A DNA stretch of 64,000 nt from Lingula anatina (taxonomy: Eukaryota; Animalia; Brachiopoda): positions 16,488,587 to 16,552,586 of the forward strand of contig CM120648.1 of the NCBI GenBank assembly GCA_051362555.1. Direction: 5' to 3'. Position 1 is the stretch's first letter, and each line of letters starts with the position of its first letter. Position numbers and translations under genes: made by a program. Shown piece after piece: positions 52,894 to 64,000 of this stretch. The notes beneath the pieces were generated by a model that made no database searches, was not told where the DNA came from, and worked only from the letters and a program-made list of their open reading frames with translations.

Positions 52894-54529
52894 TTAAGTT
52901 TTATATATATAAAGTTTTATATATATTTTTGTTGGTTAGATAACTATCACACAATAACCCACTTTTGGTGGGAACGGTAGTGATGGATCAAAATGCATAC
53001 TGATTGTAACAAAAAACACTGAATCAGTAATTTACCAACATCACCTTATCTTGTTATATCAATGTTGTACATACATTACTATTTTACTTTTTCTCTTGAC
53101 AAGCTTCATCAAAACCTCCAGAAAAGCAGTCTGGTGTTATTCAAGAGGAAATTATAACAGGTATATGAAATAATGAGTGTTCGCTAATCAAACATTTTAC
53201 AAAAACCAAAAAAAGAAATCCATGCATATACATTAAAAATGCAGCATATGAGAATTATGACATAGTGTAAGGATAAGAAGTTGCATAGTTATCTGAGATA
53301 TTTATCTTATAGGTTTTGGTGGATTATGCATAAAGATGCACACTTCACAAGAATGAACGGAAGAGACCCAAAAGTGGTGCTTAATTTGCAATGTTTATGA
53401 TTTCTTTAAGATGTTTCTCTCTTTTTATGGCAAGTTGCTCCAAAGCTTGAAGATGAGATAACTTCATCGACAGAAAGACACATTTTAGTATCACAAGAGA
53501 AGGAAAGGGGTACTACAGTAGAGTTTTTTCACATCTTAGACTTCAGATTGATCTATCCCTGAGGGGAGTCTCACTAGATTACTGTCAGCTTAGCAGGCTT
53601 AAGCATCTGTCCCGCCTACTAAACGCTATAAGGGGGTAATTAACTATGGTCCATGCTCAGCTGACTGCAATTTAGCGTGAACCCCCAGGGAATTTAGTTG
53701 ATCTAAATTTCAATCTCTGGGAGATCTAAATCTCTGGGAATGCACCCTTAGAAATGTGTTGCAATTGTCTTTGTCCATAATTAACTGCCATCAACATGCA
53801 ATGACAGATCAGGCTCCTAAGTTGTTCAAGTAATACATAATATAAATTAGAACATTGGCAGCACATCAACATGTAAAACCTTGTAGTTCATACAACTATA
53901 TGATTAAATTTTTTTGTATCCATTTCAATACTGAAATATGTAAACTGTGTACATTTATATTTTTAGAACATCAGCCCAGCCCTAGTAGTTCCAAAGAGGC
54001 TTTGTCCCATTTAAAAACAGAGGAGAGTATGGAGCTCCCGCCTGATGTCTTAACACATTTGACAGAAAGCTCGTACGACATTGAAAATCCACCACCTCGT
54101 CTAGCAGTCTGGGATTTTGGAGGGCAAAGTGTGTATTACAACACCCACCACACATTCCTTTCTTCCAGAGCTATTTACATTCTTGCCATTGATATGAGCC
54201 TTGCTTTAACAGACAGGCTTGATGACCAGTGGCATGGTGCTGAACACTTCTCAGGAACTATTCTTGGTAAGGCATCCACCAGCTCACAATTGTTAATCAT
54301 TTAGTTTATAATTTACAATCAGTTGTACTCAGTGTTTAAATGGAAAGGGTTCATAAAACTAGTTTACTGCTGATTGTTTTGTTATATACCAGCTAGCAGG
54401 TTGGACAAGTGTTATGGCGGAAAGGGTTCATAAAATCATATGAAATATCAATTGTAGTTAAAAAGAGTCGACAATAATGATCTGAAATAGAATCATTTCC
54501 AGGGCTTGCTTGGGAATAAAGGGCTATGA

Positions 54530-54606
<77 letters not shown>

Positions 54607-56418
54607 TTAGAATACTCATAATTCATCAATTTAATCAGACAGCTTTCTATACTCAAGCAGATCAAACAGCAAAAAATGATAGTAAAGGACTTTTTGAAAT
54701 TTGTCTGATATATTTCCAGACTTCACTGATTATTGGATAGACGCAATCCATACTTATGCACTACAGCAAGACATGAGTGAAGATGGGGTTCTTTCCCCCC
54801 GAATAATCATCGCTTGCACGCATAAAGACAAATACCTGGAAAATGTTCCCAAAGAAAGGGTAGGTATAAGTACTGATGAAAATTGAATGAAAATTGAGTT
54901 TGCACTGTTTTAATAAATCAGCTATAACATATTACCTAATGAAATGTGATTAAAGCTTGCAATTTTTAAAAGTATATGTTTCTCCTATTCTTTAACAGCA
55001 TGAAGAAGAAATAAATGCGTACTTTGGGAAATTGCGGCAGCATATACAACAGAAGAGAAGTGGTGTGCATGTTGATCCTCGTTTCTTTGCAATTGACAAC
55101 ACACGTCAAGATGAAGATCCTGAAATATCTGATCTCCGTCGATATGTTATGAAAATTGCTGAAAGCCAAAAATCTTGGGGAGAGAAGAATCCAATAAGAT
55201 GGATTAGATTAGAAGAAGAGCTTCAGCTACGACGACCACCTGAGAAACGAGGAAAAAAGTGGATAAGGTATGAGGAGCTGCAAAATTTAGCTCTTAAAGT
55301 TGGAATGCAGGATGCCATTGAGCTGAAGTCATTCCTCCAGTTCCATCATGACATTGGAGATCTTATGCACTTTCAGTCTGATGATCTCTCAGACACTGTC
55401 ATTTTGAATCCAACATGGCTGATAGACGCATTCAGGTCTATTATAGCAGTTGATAAACACCATGTCAAAGCCAAAGGGACTCCATATTGGTCCGCATTAA
55501 AGAGGGGCATCTTAGATGAAAGACTTTTGGATGAGCTATGGGGAGTTGACAGCGAGTTGAAGCCCATTGTAATTGGTGTTATGGTACAATTCAATATACT
55601 GTTGGAACAGGACGTCAAGCCAGGTACAACAGAAAAGCCTACTTCTCGACAGTTCTATGTGCCCAGCTTACTCCAGATATGCAAGAATCCAGAATCTGGG
55701 GTTGGCAGTGAAGGAACACTGTTTATACAAGGACAAGAGAACTTTATGCCACATTTGCTGTTTAATCGGCTTACATCAAAATTAGTCCAAAATGACACAT
55801 CTCCAGCTAGGAAAGGATTAAGAAGAAGAGGTGACTTTTTCCTCATTAAAAATGAGCTGTACTATGATTATGCTGTATATGCAATCGATCCACGCAGAGG
55901 AGCACGTTGTGCTTTGAGAAAGTCAACAAAATCCTCTTGCATTGAACTGATTCCCTTATATCCCTCGGAGACAAAGTTTGACAGAACAATCCGAGGGGCA
56001 TATGCTAAGTGGAAGAACCATGTTTTGATGCAAATTCAGCAAGTTAAGCAGACCGTCTGCCCACATTTGCAGCTCAAATGGTGTGTCAGGGACCCAAGAA
56101 AGCCAAAGGTCAGAGAGGAGCTGATGGTAATAGATCCGAAGGAGACTGATCTGACAGCATGTGGGTTGCCAGAGGATTCAGTGTACAGACTGTGGTTTAT
56201 GCCAGACTCAAGTGAGATGGTAAGTCATGTAATTATGTAATGGGAGTGCACCTCAGTGATAACTTGTACTGTGTACATGAATATTACATGTATCTTTGTG
56301 AAATGCATTTGTTTTGTAAATAAATGAATACTCTAAGTATCTGCTCACTGGGTTTCTTTTATTCAACAGGAGCATTATGTTACCCCACCTGCCAAGACAT
56401 TATCAAGTGTAACTGGAG
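49908..56418 (+). CDS. Multi-exon Roco protein B: NHL-repeat beta-propeller-ROC-COR, C-terminally truncated paralog of A
   Basis: Exons 49908-50844 (NHL; donor GGAG|GTGAG, phase 1), 51806-52054, 52294-52374, 52617-52679, 53104-53160, 53435-53509, 53967-54266, 54720-54859, 54999-56219, 56370-56418. The ROC-COR exons and splice sites mirror paralog A. NHL repeats include [31 protein letters not shown] and [16 protein letters not shown]. Confidence 0.8.
53539..53747. mobile_element. PIF/Harbinger-like MITE, copy 2
   Basis: Ends in TGGGAATGCACCC; TTA duplication is evident against the empty paralogous site CATCTTAGAAAT near 10572. Confidence 0.7.
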
Positions 56419-57509
56419 GTAAATTATCAAAGAACTTTACGCACTCATGAAATATAAATTTGAAAAAATCATTTTAAGTTATTGATTATCTGTATCAGTT
56501 CGATGTTGTTTGAAAATCCCTTGATACTTGGATTTTCCACGGTGTAATTATTTTTCTTCTTCTAGTTTGCACTATTTTTATGAACAGACACATTGTGTCT
56601 GTACATATAGCCCTCACCTGTCTCTGTCACCTCCGATGCCAATGCACATTTAGCCGCCACCTGCCCATTGTTGCCGCCAATGCTGATGCACTAACTCTGA
56701 GTGGAAAACCATGTAGACTTTTGTCTTTTAAACTTCAGAACTGATGGATATTAGTAAAATAAAGGTCCGGTTCCAAAATAGTCTTGATCGAATCATTCTT
56801 CCAAAATTGATGCATGTTTATTTCAGCATATGTTGAACTATATGCAATACAGCTAACACTTTTCAAGGAAGACTGATAAGCCTACTATGTAGCCAGATTT
56901 GGAAAAGCAGTCTGATTGGTTAATTTTTCTTTGATTTTTTTATTTATTTATTTTTTTTTTTTTTGAAACTCGAATTTTTCACACTTTAGCATTTCAAGGT
57001 GTGTCTTGGAACCTCCATATGCTTGAAGACCTTTGCTAGTCATATTTTCTTAATATGTATCTTACCTGCAGTAGATAAATAAAAATTGGTGGTGATTATG
57101 CTATTAAGCATCATGTAATATTGCATCAAAATCGAAGAAAACCTTTGTAAAAACCATGTTACTTTTGATTCTTAAACTTAAAAAAAGGAATACAGTTCTC
57201 AAATAATGCAGCCTGATTTTTTTTTTTTTTTTTTTTTTTTTTTGAAATTTTCATTTTTCACATTTTGGCATTTTCAGTGTGGGATTTAGAACCCCCACAG
57301 GCATGGAACCGAATGGTAACCAAATTTTCTAAATGTTTTTCATATTAGAAAATTAAAAATTGATGGCTATTATACCATTTATCATTATGTTATATTGCAT
57401 CAAAATTGAAAAAAAAACTTTGTGTACTGCCACCACATATGTTATGAAAAGAAAATTGTCACTTGTTATTTTTTAACCTACAAGAATTATTCTTAGGATT
57501 GGCATACAG

Positions 57510-58310
57510 CTCAAATTAGAAAACCATCTCTGTTGGATTAATGAGACATTCCAGAATATTTGATTTATGAAGTCAAGGTAATTGACCATTTGGTTGAATG
57601 AAAGAATCAGCTTTTGTGTAATTTTACAATTAAATATACGGTATGATATTATGTTTTGGTTTCAGTTATTTTATATTGTGTATACCTCTTTAGTATCTAT
57701 AAATTACTCCTCAGCAAATCTATTTCTTCGAAATCCAAGTGAAATATAATGAAAAGGTATAAAAAGGAATACTTAATTTATATCTTAATTTGCATATATT
57801 TTGCTTTTCAATGCAAAGATTTGCTTGCATCCAGCAAGGCGCTGTACCCAAATTGAAGTTTACGATAAAGTGTAAAAATGACCAGTCCTCACAAACTACT
57901 TAACTGGCTTGTTATATTTCTTTCCTAGGATGGGCTTAGGAGTGAAATGGAGTATAAGAAACTTAGACAGAATGGGATCCAATTTGCTGAGGCACTTAAT
58001 ATTGATATTGGAAGAATTTTAGATTACTGTAATCAAGATGCCATGGTACCAAATGATGAGATAACAGTGCTTGAAATTAATGCCAGAAAAAAAATCCACA
58101 AAGTGCCTGTACAAATACCATTGCAAGCAACCCTGAAAAACAACCAATTAGATATTTGAAACACGTCCTCAGACAATGCCAACGTTGGCGTCTGGCAGAT
58201 GAAGTTAGCTACCAGGATGTAGAGGATGAGATTAGAGATTACAGAATCATAGAGTTGGAGGTATCTTGTGAAGAGCCATTGGCAAAAGGGATGGAAGATT
58301 CCTTACTTGT
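57510..58310 (+). pseudogene. Decayed death-like exon end and CARD exon of paralog B
   Basis: 57510-57577 matches the end of A exon 21211-22296, including GAAGTCAAG|GTAATT. 57929 onward encodes SEMEYKKLRQNGIQFAEALNIDIGRILDY, then frameshifts and stops at 58159. Downstream DNA to ~58740 resembles the 3' region of A. Confidence 0.8.
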
Positions 58311-58391
58311 GTGAGAGGCTTTTTTATGCACTTTGGGTCAACAAGGACTAAGAATCTATGGTCTGTTACCATAGATATTGACATCAGATGA

Positions 58392-58434
<43 letters not shown>

Positions 58435-58752
58435 ATCGAAAGGAGGGTCACACTGGGAAGATGTTTCAATATGAAACATATGATATAATACACTCAGTTT
58501 TCACTGTCATAGTTAAATAATTTAATGTGTTTGTATATAGGTTCATTAATTATGTTGTTATTATTCAAGGTGGATGTTTTAATATGTAACATTATATTAA
58601 ATTTGCAAGAGCATTGGATATATGTAAAAATATGCACTTTATGTAGTTATATTCCCTCAAAGATGTCAACAACACATAAATATGCAAAGAAGTTTCAGTA
58701 TGTGATATGTAAGATATGAAATACTCGATTCTCATTCAGGGTAATGTAACCT

Positions 58753-61700
58753 CCCTTACGAAAATTTCCTATAGGATCCTATAGGATTCCTATAGGATCC
58801 TATAGGAAATCTTATTGGATCCTATAGGGCACATTTCCTATAGGATTTCCTATAGGATCCTATAGGAAATTGTTGTAAGTTAAAATCTTGAGAAAAATGC
58901 ATATTTTATAAACATATATCATTCTAAACAATAGATATTTGATATAGGTCCATTTTATCAGTTGAATTGTCAATTATATATCACTATTAAAGCAAAAATG
59001 CTTTTTATTGTTTATAATGCACAATCTAATAGTCTTCTATAGGATTCTATAGAAATTCTTTAATTTTTTTTTTTTAAGAATTTTTGAAAAAAATTGATCA
59101 TTTTAAAGTAATCTTTTATGGAGAAATATTTTATCATTAGGAATGTTTTTGTACCAAATCACTGAAGCTGATTTTTTTTTATTTATGTTCAGACCATTAC
59201 AAAAATTCCTATAGGATCCTATAGGATCCTATAAGATTTCCTATAGGATTTCCTATAGGATCTTATAGGATTTCCTATAGGAACCTATAAGATTTCCTAT
59301 AGGATCCTATAGGATTTCCTATAGGATCCTATAAGATTTCCTATAGGATCCTATAGGAAATCTTATAGGAATTTCTATAGGAACCTATAAGAAATCCAAG
59401 GCTAATTCATATAGGGAATTTTTATAAGGCCGAAATAATGAATCTGGTTTAAATATCAGTTTATGATTTTGGTTTTTAATTTATGTTCAGACCATTAAAA
59501 AAAATTCTATAGGATTCTATAGGATCCTATAGGAAATCTTATAGGAATTTCTATAGGAACCTATAGGAAATCCTATGCTAATATAATTCATATAGGGAAT
59601 TTTTATAAGGCCAGGTTGAATGAAAAATAATGAATCTGGTTTAAATATCAGTATATGATTTTGATTTTTAATATATGTTCAGACCATTACAAAAATTCCT
59701 ATTGGATCCTATAGGAAATCTTATAGGAATTCCTATAGGAAATCCTATGCCAATTCATATAGGGAATTTTTGTAAGGCCAGGTTGAATGAAAAATAATGA
59801 ATCTGGTTTAAATATCAGTATATGATTTTGATTTTTAATTTATGTTCAGACCATCAAAATTTCCTATAGGATGCTATAGGAAATCTTATAGGAATTTCTC
59901 TAGGAACCTATATATAGGAAATCCTATGTTAATCCATATTAATTGTGAATTTTTATAAGGCCAGGTTGAATGAAAAATAATAAAACTGGTCTAAATATCA
60001 GTATATAATGTATTTTTACTTTTTGTGTGATCATATTCACTTCATATTTCATATTTATTGAAAGTCAACCTGATCTAATCAGACTGTACTTGACCTTGGC
60101 TGTTTTAAAAAGTGAAAGTGCAATCCTGCCTAATATATAAAATATAATGTAAAAGTAAGTGAACATTAAGGGTATAGTACTGTCCCTCATAAAGGATGGG
60201 GAACAAGGACAAATTAATGATTATAAAGATAAATTTTATGCTCATGCAATCACTTGTAAGATTTAACAGTCAACTCAGGCCCGTAGCCAGGGGGGTTTGG
60301 GGGGTTCGAAAGAACCGCCCCTTTTGCTGGAAAAAGATCCACTCTGGGTAAAATTTGATCTAGGTACATGAAGCTTTTATGGGAAAAGGTCCACTTTTTC
60401 AGAAAAAGAACCCCCCTTTTGAAATTGCTGGTTACGGGCCTGCAACTGATGTAAGCTAGAGAATGCCCTACTCCACCAACCATAACCATAGATTCAACAA
60501 CTGTGAATTTCTTTTGTTAGCCTGGCACCTATTATTAGGTCACTACTCCTGTAGCTATTGTTACACTAGTAACAGTAACCGCCTATTAGGTGTTATCAGA
60601 TGTGTGGTATCCTGTCTAAGTCTTTGTTTATATGAGACAAGCAGCAAATGAGTATACAGCTATCAAGCCAGTTTAAATTCAGGAGCATAGTGGATGGGTA
60701 CAGAGTGTAGAAAATTCAGATTGAGGAAGGTATGTATTACAGTAATGCATTGGATCATTTGGGCATCTAATCAAATTGAAAATGAGATAATTGATCTTAT
60801 TTGTAGTGTACCTTGTAAACATCATATCTATATTACATTAAACAAGTTATAATTTATAAAGTATAGCTTCCCTTTTAGCCAACAAAGAAATACTGTTTAT
60901 TCTCTTTATTTCTTATAAAACTGTGATCAATTGCTCATCAAAATATTTCTATAAATGGAGTTGAATCTAAAAAAAATTACATTTCATTTAACTTTTGGTT
61001 TGTGATTTATTAAAAATTATCTATTAATGTTATCCACAACTGCCTCTAAGGAACCATCATGATATATAACTGAGAAAGACCTATGCTAATAAATAACATA
61101 CAATTTACATGTTAGAGAGGCTGTCAGGGCAAATTTCATTACCTCACATGTTCTTCAGGATCATTTATTTGCCAAGTTTTCTTTTCCTTTAATTTCTTTT
61201 CAACCCTAAATGTGAGGTAAACACCATAGTTTGTTTAAAAATATTTTTTGCTTACCTATACATATTGGAAATGAAATGTGCATTGTGAAAATCTGACCAT
61301 TTTGCTTACACGGAAGCTATAAATTTTAACTTGGGGGTTGCTTTTTTTTGTGGTTTGGAATGATGATTTAAGTCTAGCAAAGACTGGTCAGAATATAGGG
61401 AATTACTGTTTACCCTCGGAAATTAGTTTTCCATGAAATTTTGAGACTTTTTTGGCCCTGACAGCTTTGTAATGGCCCAATTGCATATTTAACCAGAGTA
61501 GAGTTTTCTCCACTGCTGATTTCTGCATTTTAAAATTCGTTTCTGATTGTTCCTGTGGGCTTGGTTCTATGAAATATGTTCAAGTTCTCAAAAAATTTTT
61601 TTTTACAAATTATCGAGCTTTAATACCTTGTCTTTGAAAAAAAAAAAAAAACAGTTAACCAATAAAGGCTATGAATTGCTCAAAATAAAATTGGTGCAAT

Positions 61701-62673
61701 GATTATTATTGATCTCATTAGAAAATTTTTCCTTCATCATTTTGCATTTTTGTAGACATGTACAATTAATTGAAATTCACAATGTCTTTCTTTCAGAAAG
61801 CGTCTGCAAATGGTTCAACACAACTTAGACGGAGTTTAAGAAGACTATCACAGTAAAGTTGAACAATGTGCAAAAGACTTTTGTCTGAAATTCTTCAATT
61901 ATGAAGTGACTAAAGCAGTATGCTGACAATGTACACAATCTGGCCAAGGGAGGTTTTAGCCACTCATTCTGGCAGGAGTTCGAATGCGCACAAGAAAAAG
62001 ACAGTGACGCCACAGCTTGACAAGACATATTGGATCCTTGTGATAACTTATAGAACTGATAATTCAAGCGCAGGAGCAGCATCTTTAAATTTGCAAAAAT
62101 CTATGAAACAATTCTTTAGTAAGCTGGTTGCATACCATACTGTGGAATATGTACATTTAAAATTTTTTATATATTGAATAAAGAATGTAAACATGATACT
62201 CTCTTTTGTTTTGAGGGACCAGTGCCTATAACCAATTTTGCCAAAGTTCCAACAATATATAAAAAGCTGTGAAAATATTCAAAGCAGTTAATATAAATTT
62301 CTATAGGTTCCTGTAAGATTTCCTATAGGATCCTATAAGATTTCCTATAGGATTTCCTATAGGATTTCCTATAGGATCCTATAAGATTTCCTATAAGATT
62401 TCCTATAGGATCCTATAAGATTTCCTATAGGATTTCCTATAAGATTTCCTATAGGATCCTATAAGATTTCCTATAGGATTTCCTATAGGAAATCTTATAG
62501 GATCCTATAGGAAATCCTATAGGATCCTATAGGAAAAAGGGACAATTTCCTATAGGATCCTATAGGAATTCCTATAGGATCCTATAGGAATTCCTATAGG
62601 AAATCTTATAGGATCCTATAGGATTTCCTATAGGATATCCTATAGGAAATCCTATAGGAAATTTTCGTAAGGG
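58753..62673. mobile_element. 3.9-kb element with CCC..GGG termini, 2-bp TSD and palindromic CCTATAGG subterminal arrays (CMC/EnSpm-like)
   Basis: CCCTTACGAAAATTTCCTATAGG versus CCTATAGGAAATTTTCGTAAGGG; CT on both flanks; arrays at 58768-58870, 59208-59930 and 62300-62660. Confidence 0.8.
60276..60442. mobile_element. Small MITE (CAGGCCCGTAG TIR), copy 2
   Basis: Same internal sequence as 34982-35152; CAACT on both flanks. Confidence 0.8.
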
Positions 62674-62759
62674 CTCTGTAAAGTTATATTTCTAAAACCA
62701 TTGTTTATGTGTAAAAAGTTTAAATATGTACTTGATGTAAATATATTTACTCAAAGATG

Positions 62760-62807
<48 letters not shown>

Positions 62808-62923
62808 TACATAGAAATTATCAAGCAAAATTCCATTCAAACTGCATTCAGCATAAAGTAATCGACTACTGACCAACTGACACAGCACTATCTACACCCC
62901 AGAGTCAAGCTTTCTGTAGACCT

Positions 62924-63071
62924 GGGCTCCGTATCTCGAAAGGTTCGCTATGTTGCGCACGTGAGCAAGTGTTTCGATTCCATGGCCCCGTATCTCGAAA
63001 TAGAATCGGTTATGGAATTGAGACACTTGCGCACGCGCGCAACATAGCGAACGTTTCGAGATACGGAGCCC
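62924..63071. mobile_element. Palindromic MITE (GGGCTCCGTATCTCGAAA TIR)
   Basis: About 60-bp inverted arms; a related terminus lies at ~45501-45519. Confidence 0.8.
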
Positions 63072-63243
63072 TGATCCACATTAAGGCTTCGTTCACATGC
63101 AATGTCTATTTTCTAAATTCTATTTTCTATTTGCGGCATGTCTTATGATCACGGTCTGTGCACTGAATATCCCGCCGCGTAATTACTGGCAGCGCGAGCC
63201 AGTTACTATAAGTTACTATAAGTATACTATTAGTTACAGCTGT

Positions 63244-63560
63244 TAGGAGCCATTCAGAATGGAAGATCCAAGTATCAACTGGTCCAAGCTCAAATATGTC
63301 GGGCCCTACATGAAAGGAAGACCGCATAATCCTGTAATGATCTCTCCGCCTTTTTCACGCCTCCCTACGCGCTTTCCCTGCAGGGACACAGTAATTAAAT
63401 CTCTGCTCAATTCGATCAGTCGAGGGTCGGTGCGTGGGGAGGCGGGTGAGGGGTGGAGAGACCATTACAGGATGAAGTGGCCTTCTTTTTATGTAGGTCC
63501 GCCATATTTAGCCCATGGACCAGCTAGCAATCGGCTCTTCTCATTCTGAATGGCCCCCTA
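63244..63560. mobile_element. Foldback MITE with TAG..CTA ends
   Basis: TAGGAGCCATTCAGAATG versus CATTCTGAATGGCCCCCTA, with imperfect inverted arms over ~110 bp. Confidence 0.7.
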
Positions 63561-64000
63561 GAAATCTCAACCTAACTGGTGAATTGTATGTCCTACGGTA
63601 CAATTTATTATGCCAACGAATAAAAGGGCATATATGCATAAGGTGAATGTTACGTTGTCTTGTACGTGCAATATGCACGGATACAGGTCTTAACTGGGGA
63701 TGCAAGAATATTTTCTCATCCAGACAAAAATAAAATTTAAAAAAACGTTAGCTCTTTCCCAGTAATGCTTAGGGCACAATGGTGGTAAAAATCTTCGGTT
63801 TGCCTTGTTTTTGTGAGACTTAAAAGTCTAGTCTAGTGCGGAGTAGATGTTCAACTATTATGTCCAATTAAGTCACCAGGGCTTAAAAAGATACACAGTA
63901 TTCCAGGCCCCAATTAACAACGTGCCAGAACATGCTGTCTTACAGGCAGGGCTTTATTACATGAATTCCCAGAAACCAATTTCTTGGGAAATATGTCTGC

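Noticed and set aside
58760-62660. CRISPR-like or telomeric array
   Set aside because: The context is eukaryotic, there are no unique spacers or cas genes, and the repeats are subterminal to TIRs.

Overview
AT-rich, intron-containing animal genomic DNA with many transposon remnants; it is not prokaryotic. The NHL sequence recalls expanded lophotrochozoan (brachiopod-like) TRIM-NHL families, but the taxon is inference only. The window holds two tandem, co-oriented, kinase-less Roco (ROC GTPase-COR) paralogs with different accessory modules. Paralog A (2492-23039, N-terminus not visible) splices in frame as ROC-COR-ZU5-UPA-Q-rich-C2(Slp-type)-Q-rich-death-like-CARD. Paralog B (49908-~56418) has a TRIM-derived NHL beta-propeller spliced onto an intact ROC-COR; its ZU5/UPA/C2 exons are absent and its CARD exon is decayed. 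A compact NF-kB/CRE/NRF1/TATA motif cluster lies upstream of B. Between the paralogs are a minus-strand secreted signal-TSP1-LamG/ConA gene broken by a 1-nt frameshift, inverted remnants of an AcademX-like (XPG+Cys-rich) transposon, a 6.5 kb CACTG-ended element, LINE fragments and many MITEs. A 3.9 kb CCC..GGG element with palindromic CCTATAGG arrays follows B. All gene models are manual, from GT-AG sites and phase consistency, with no transcript evidence.
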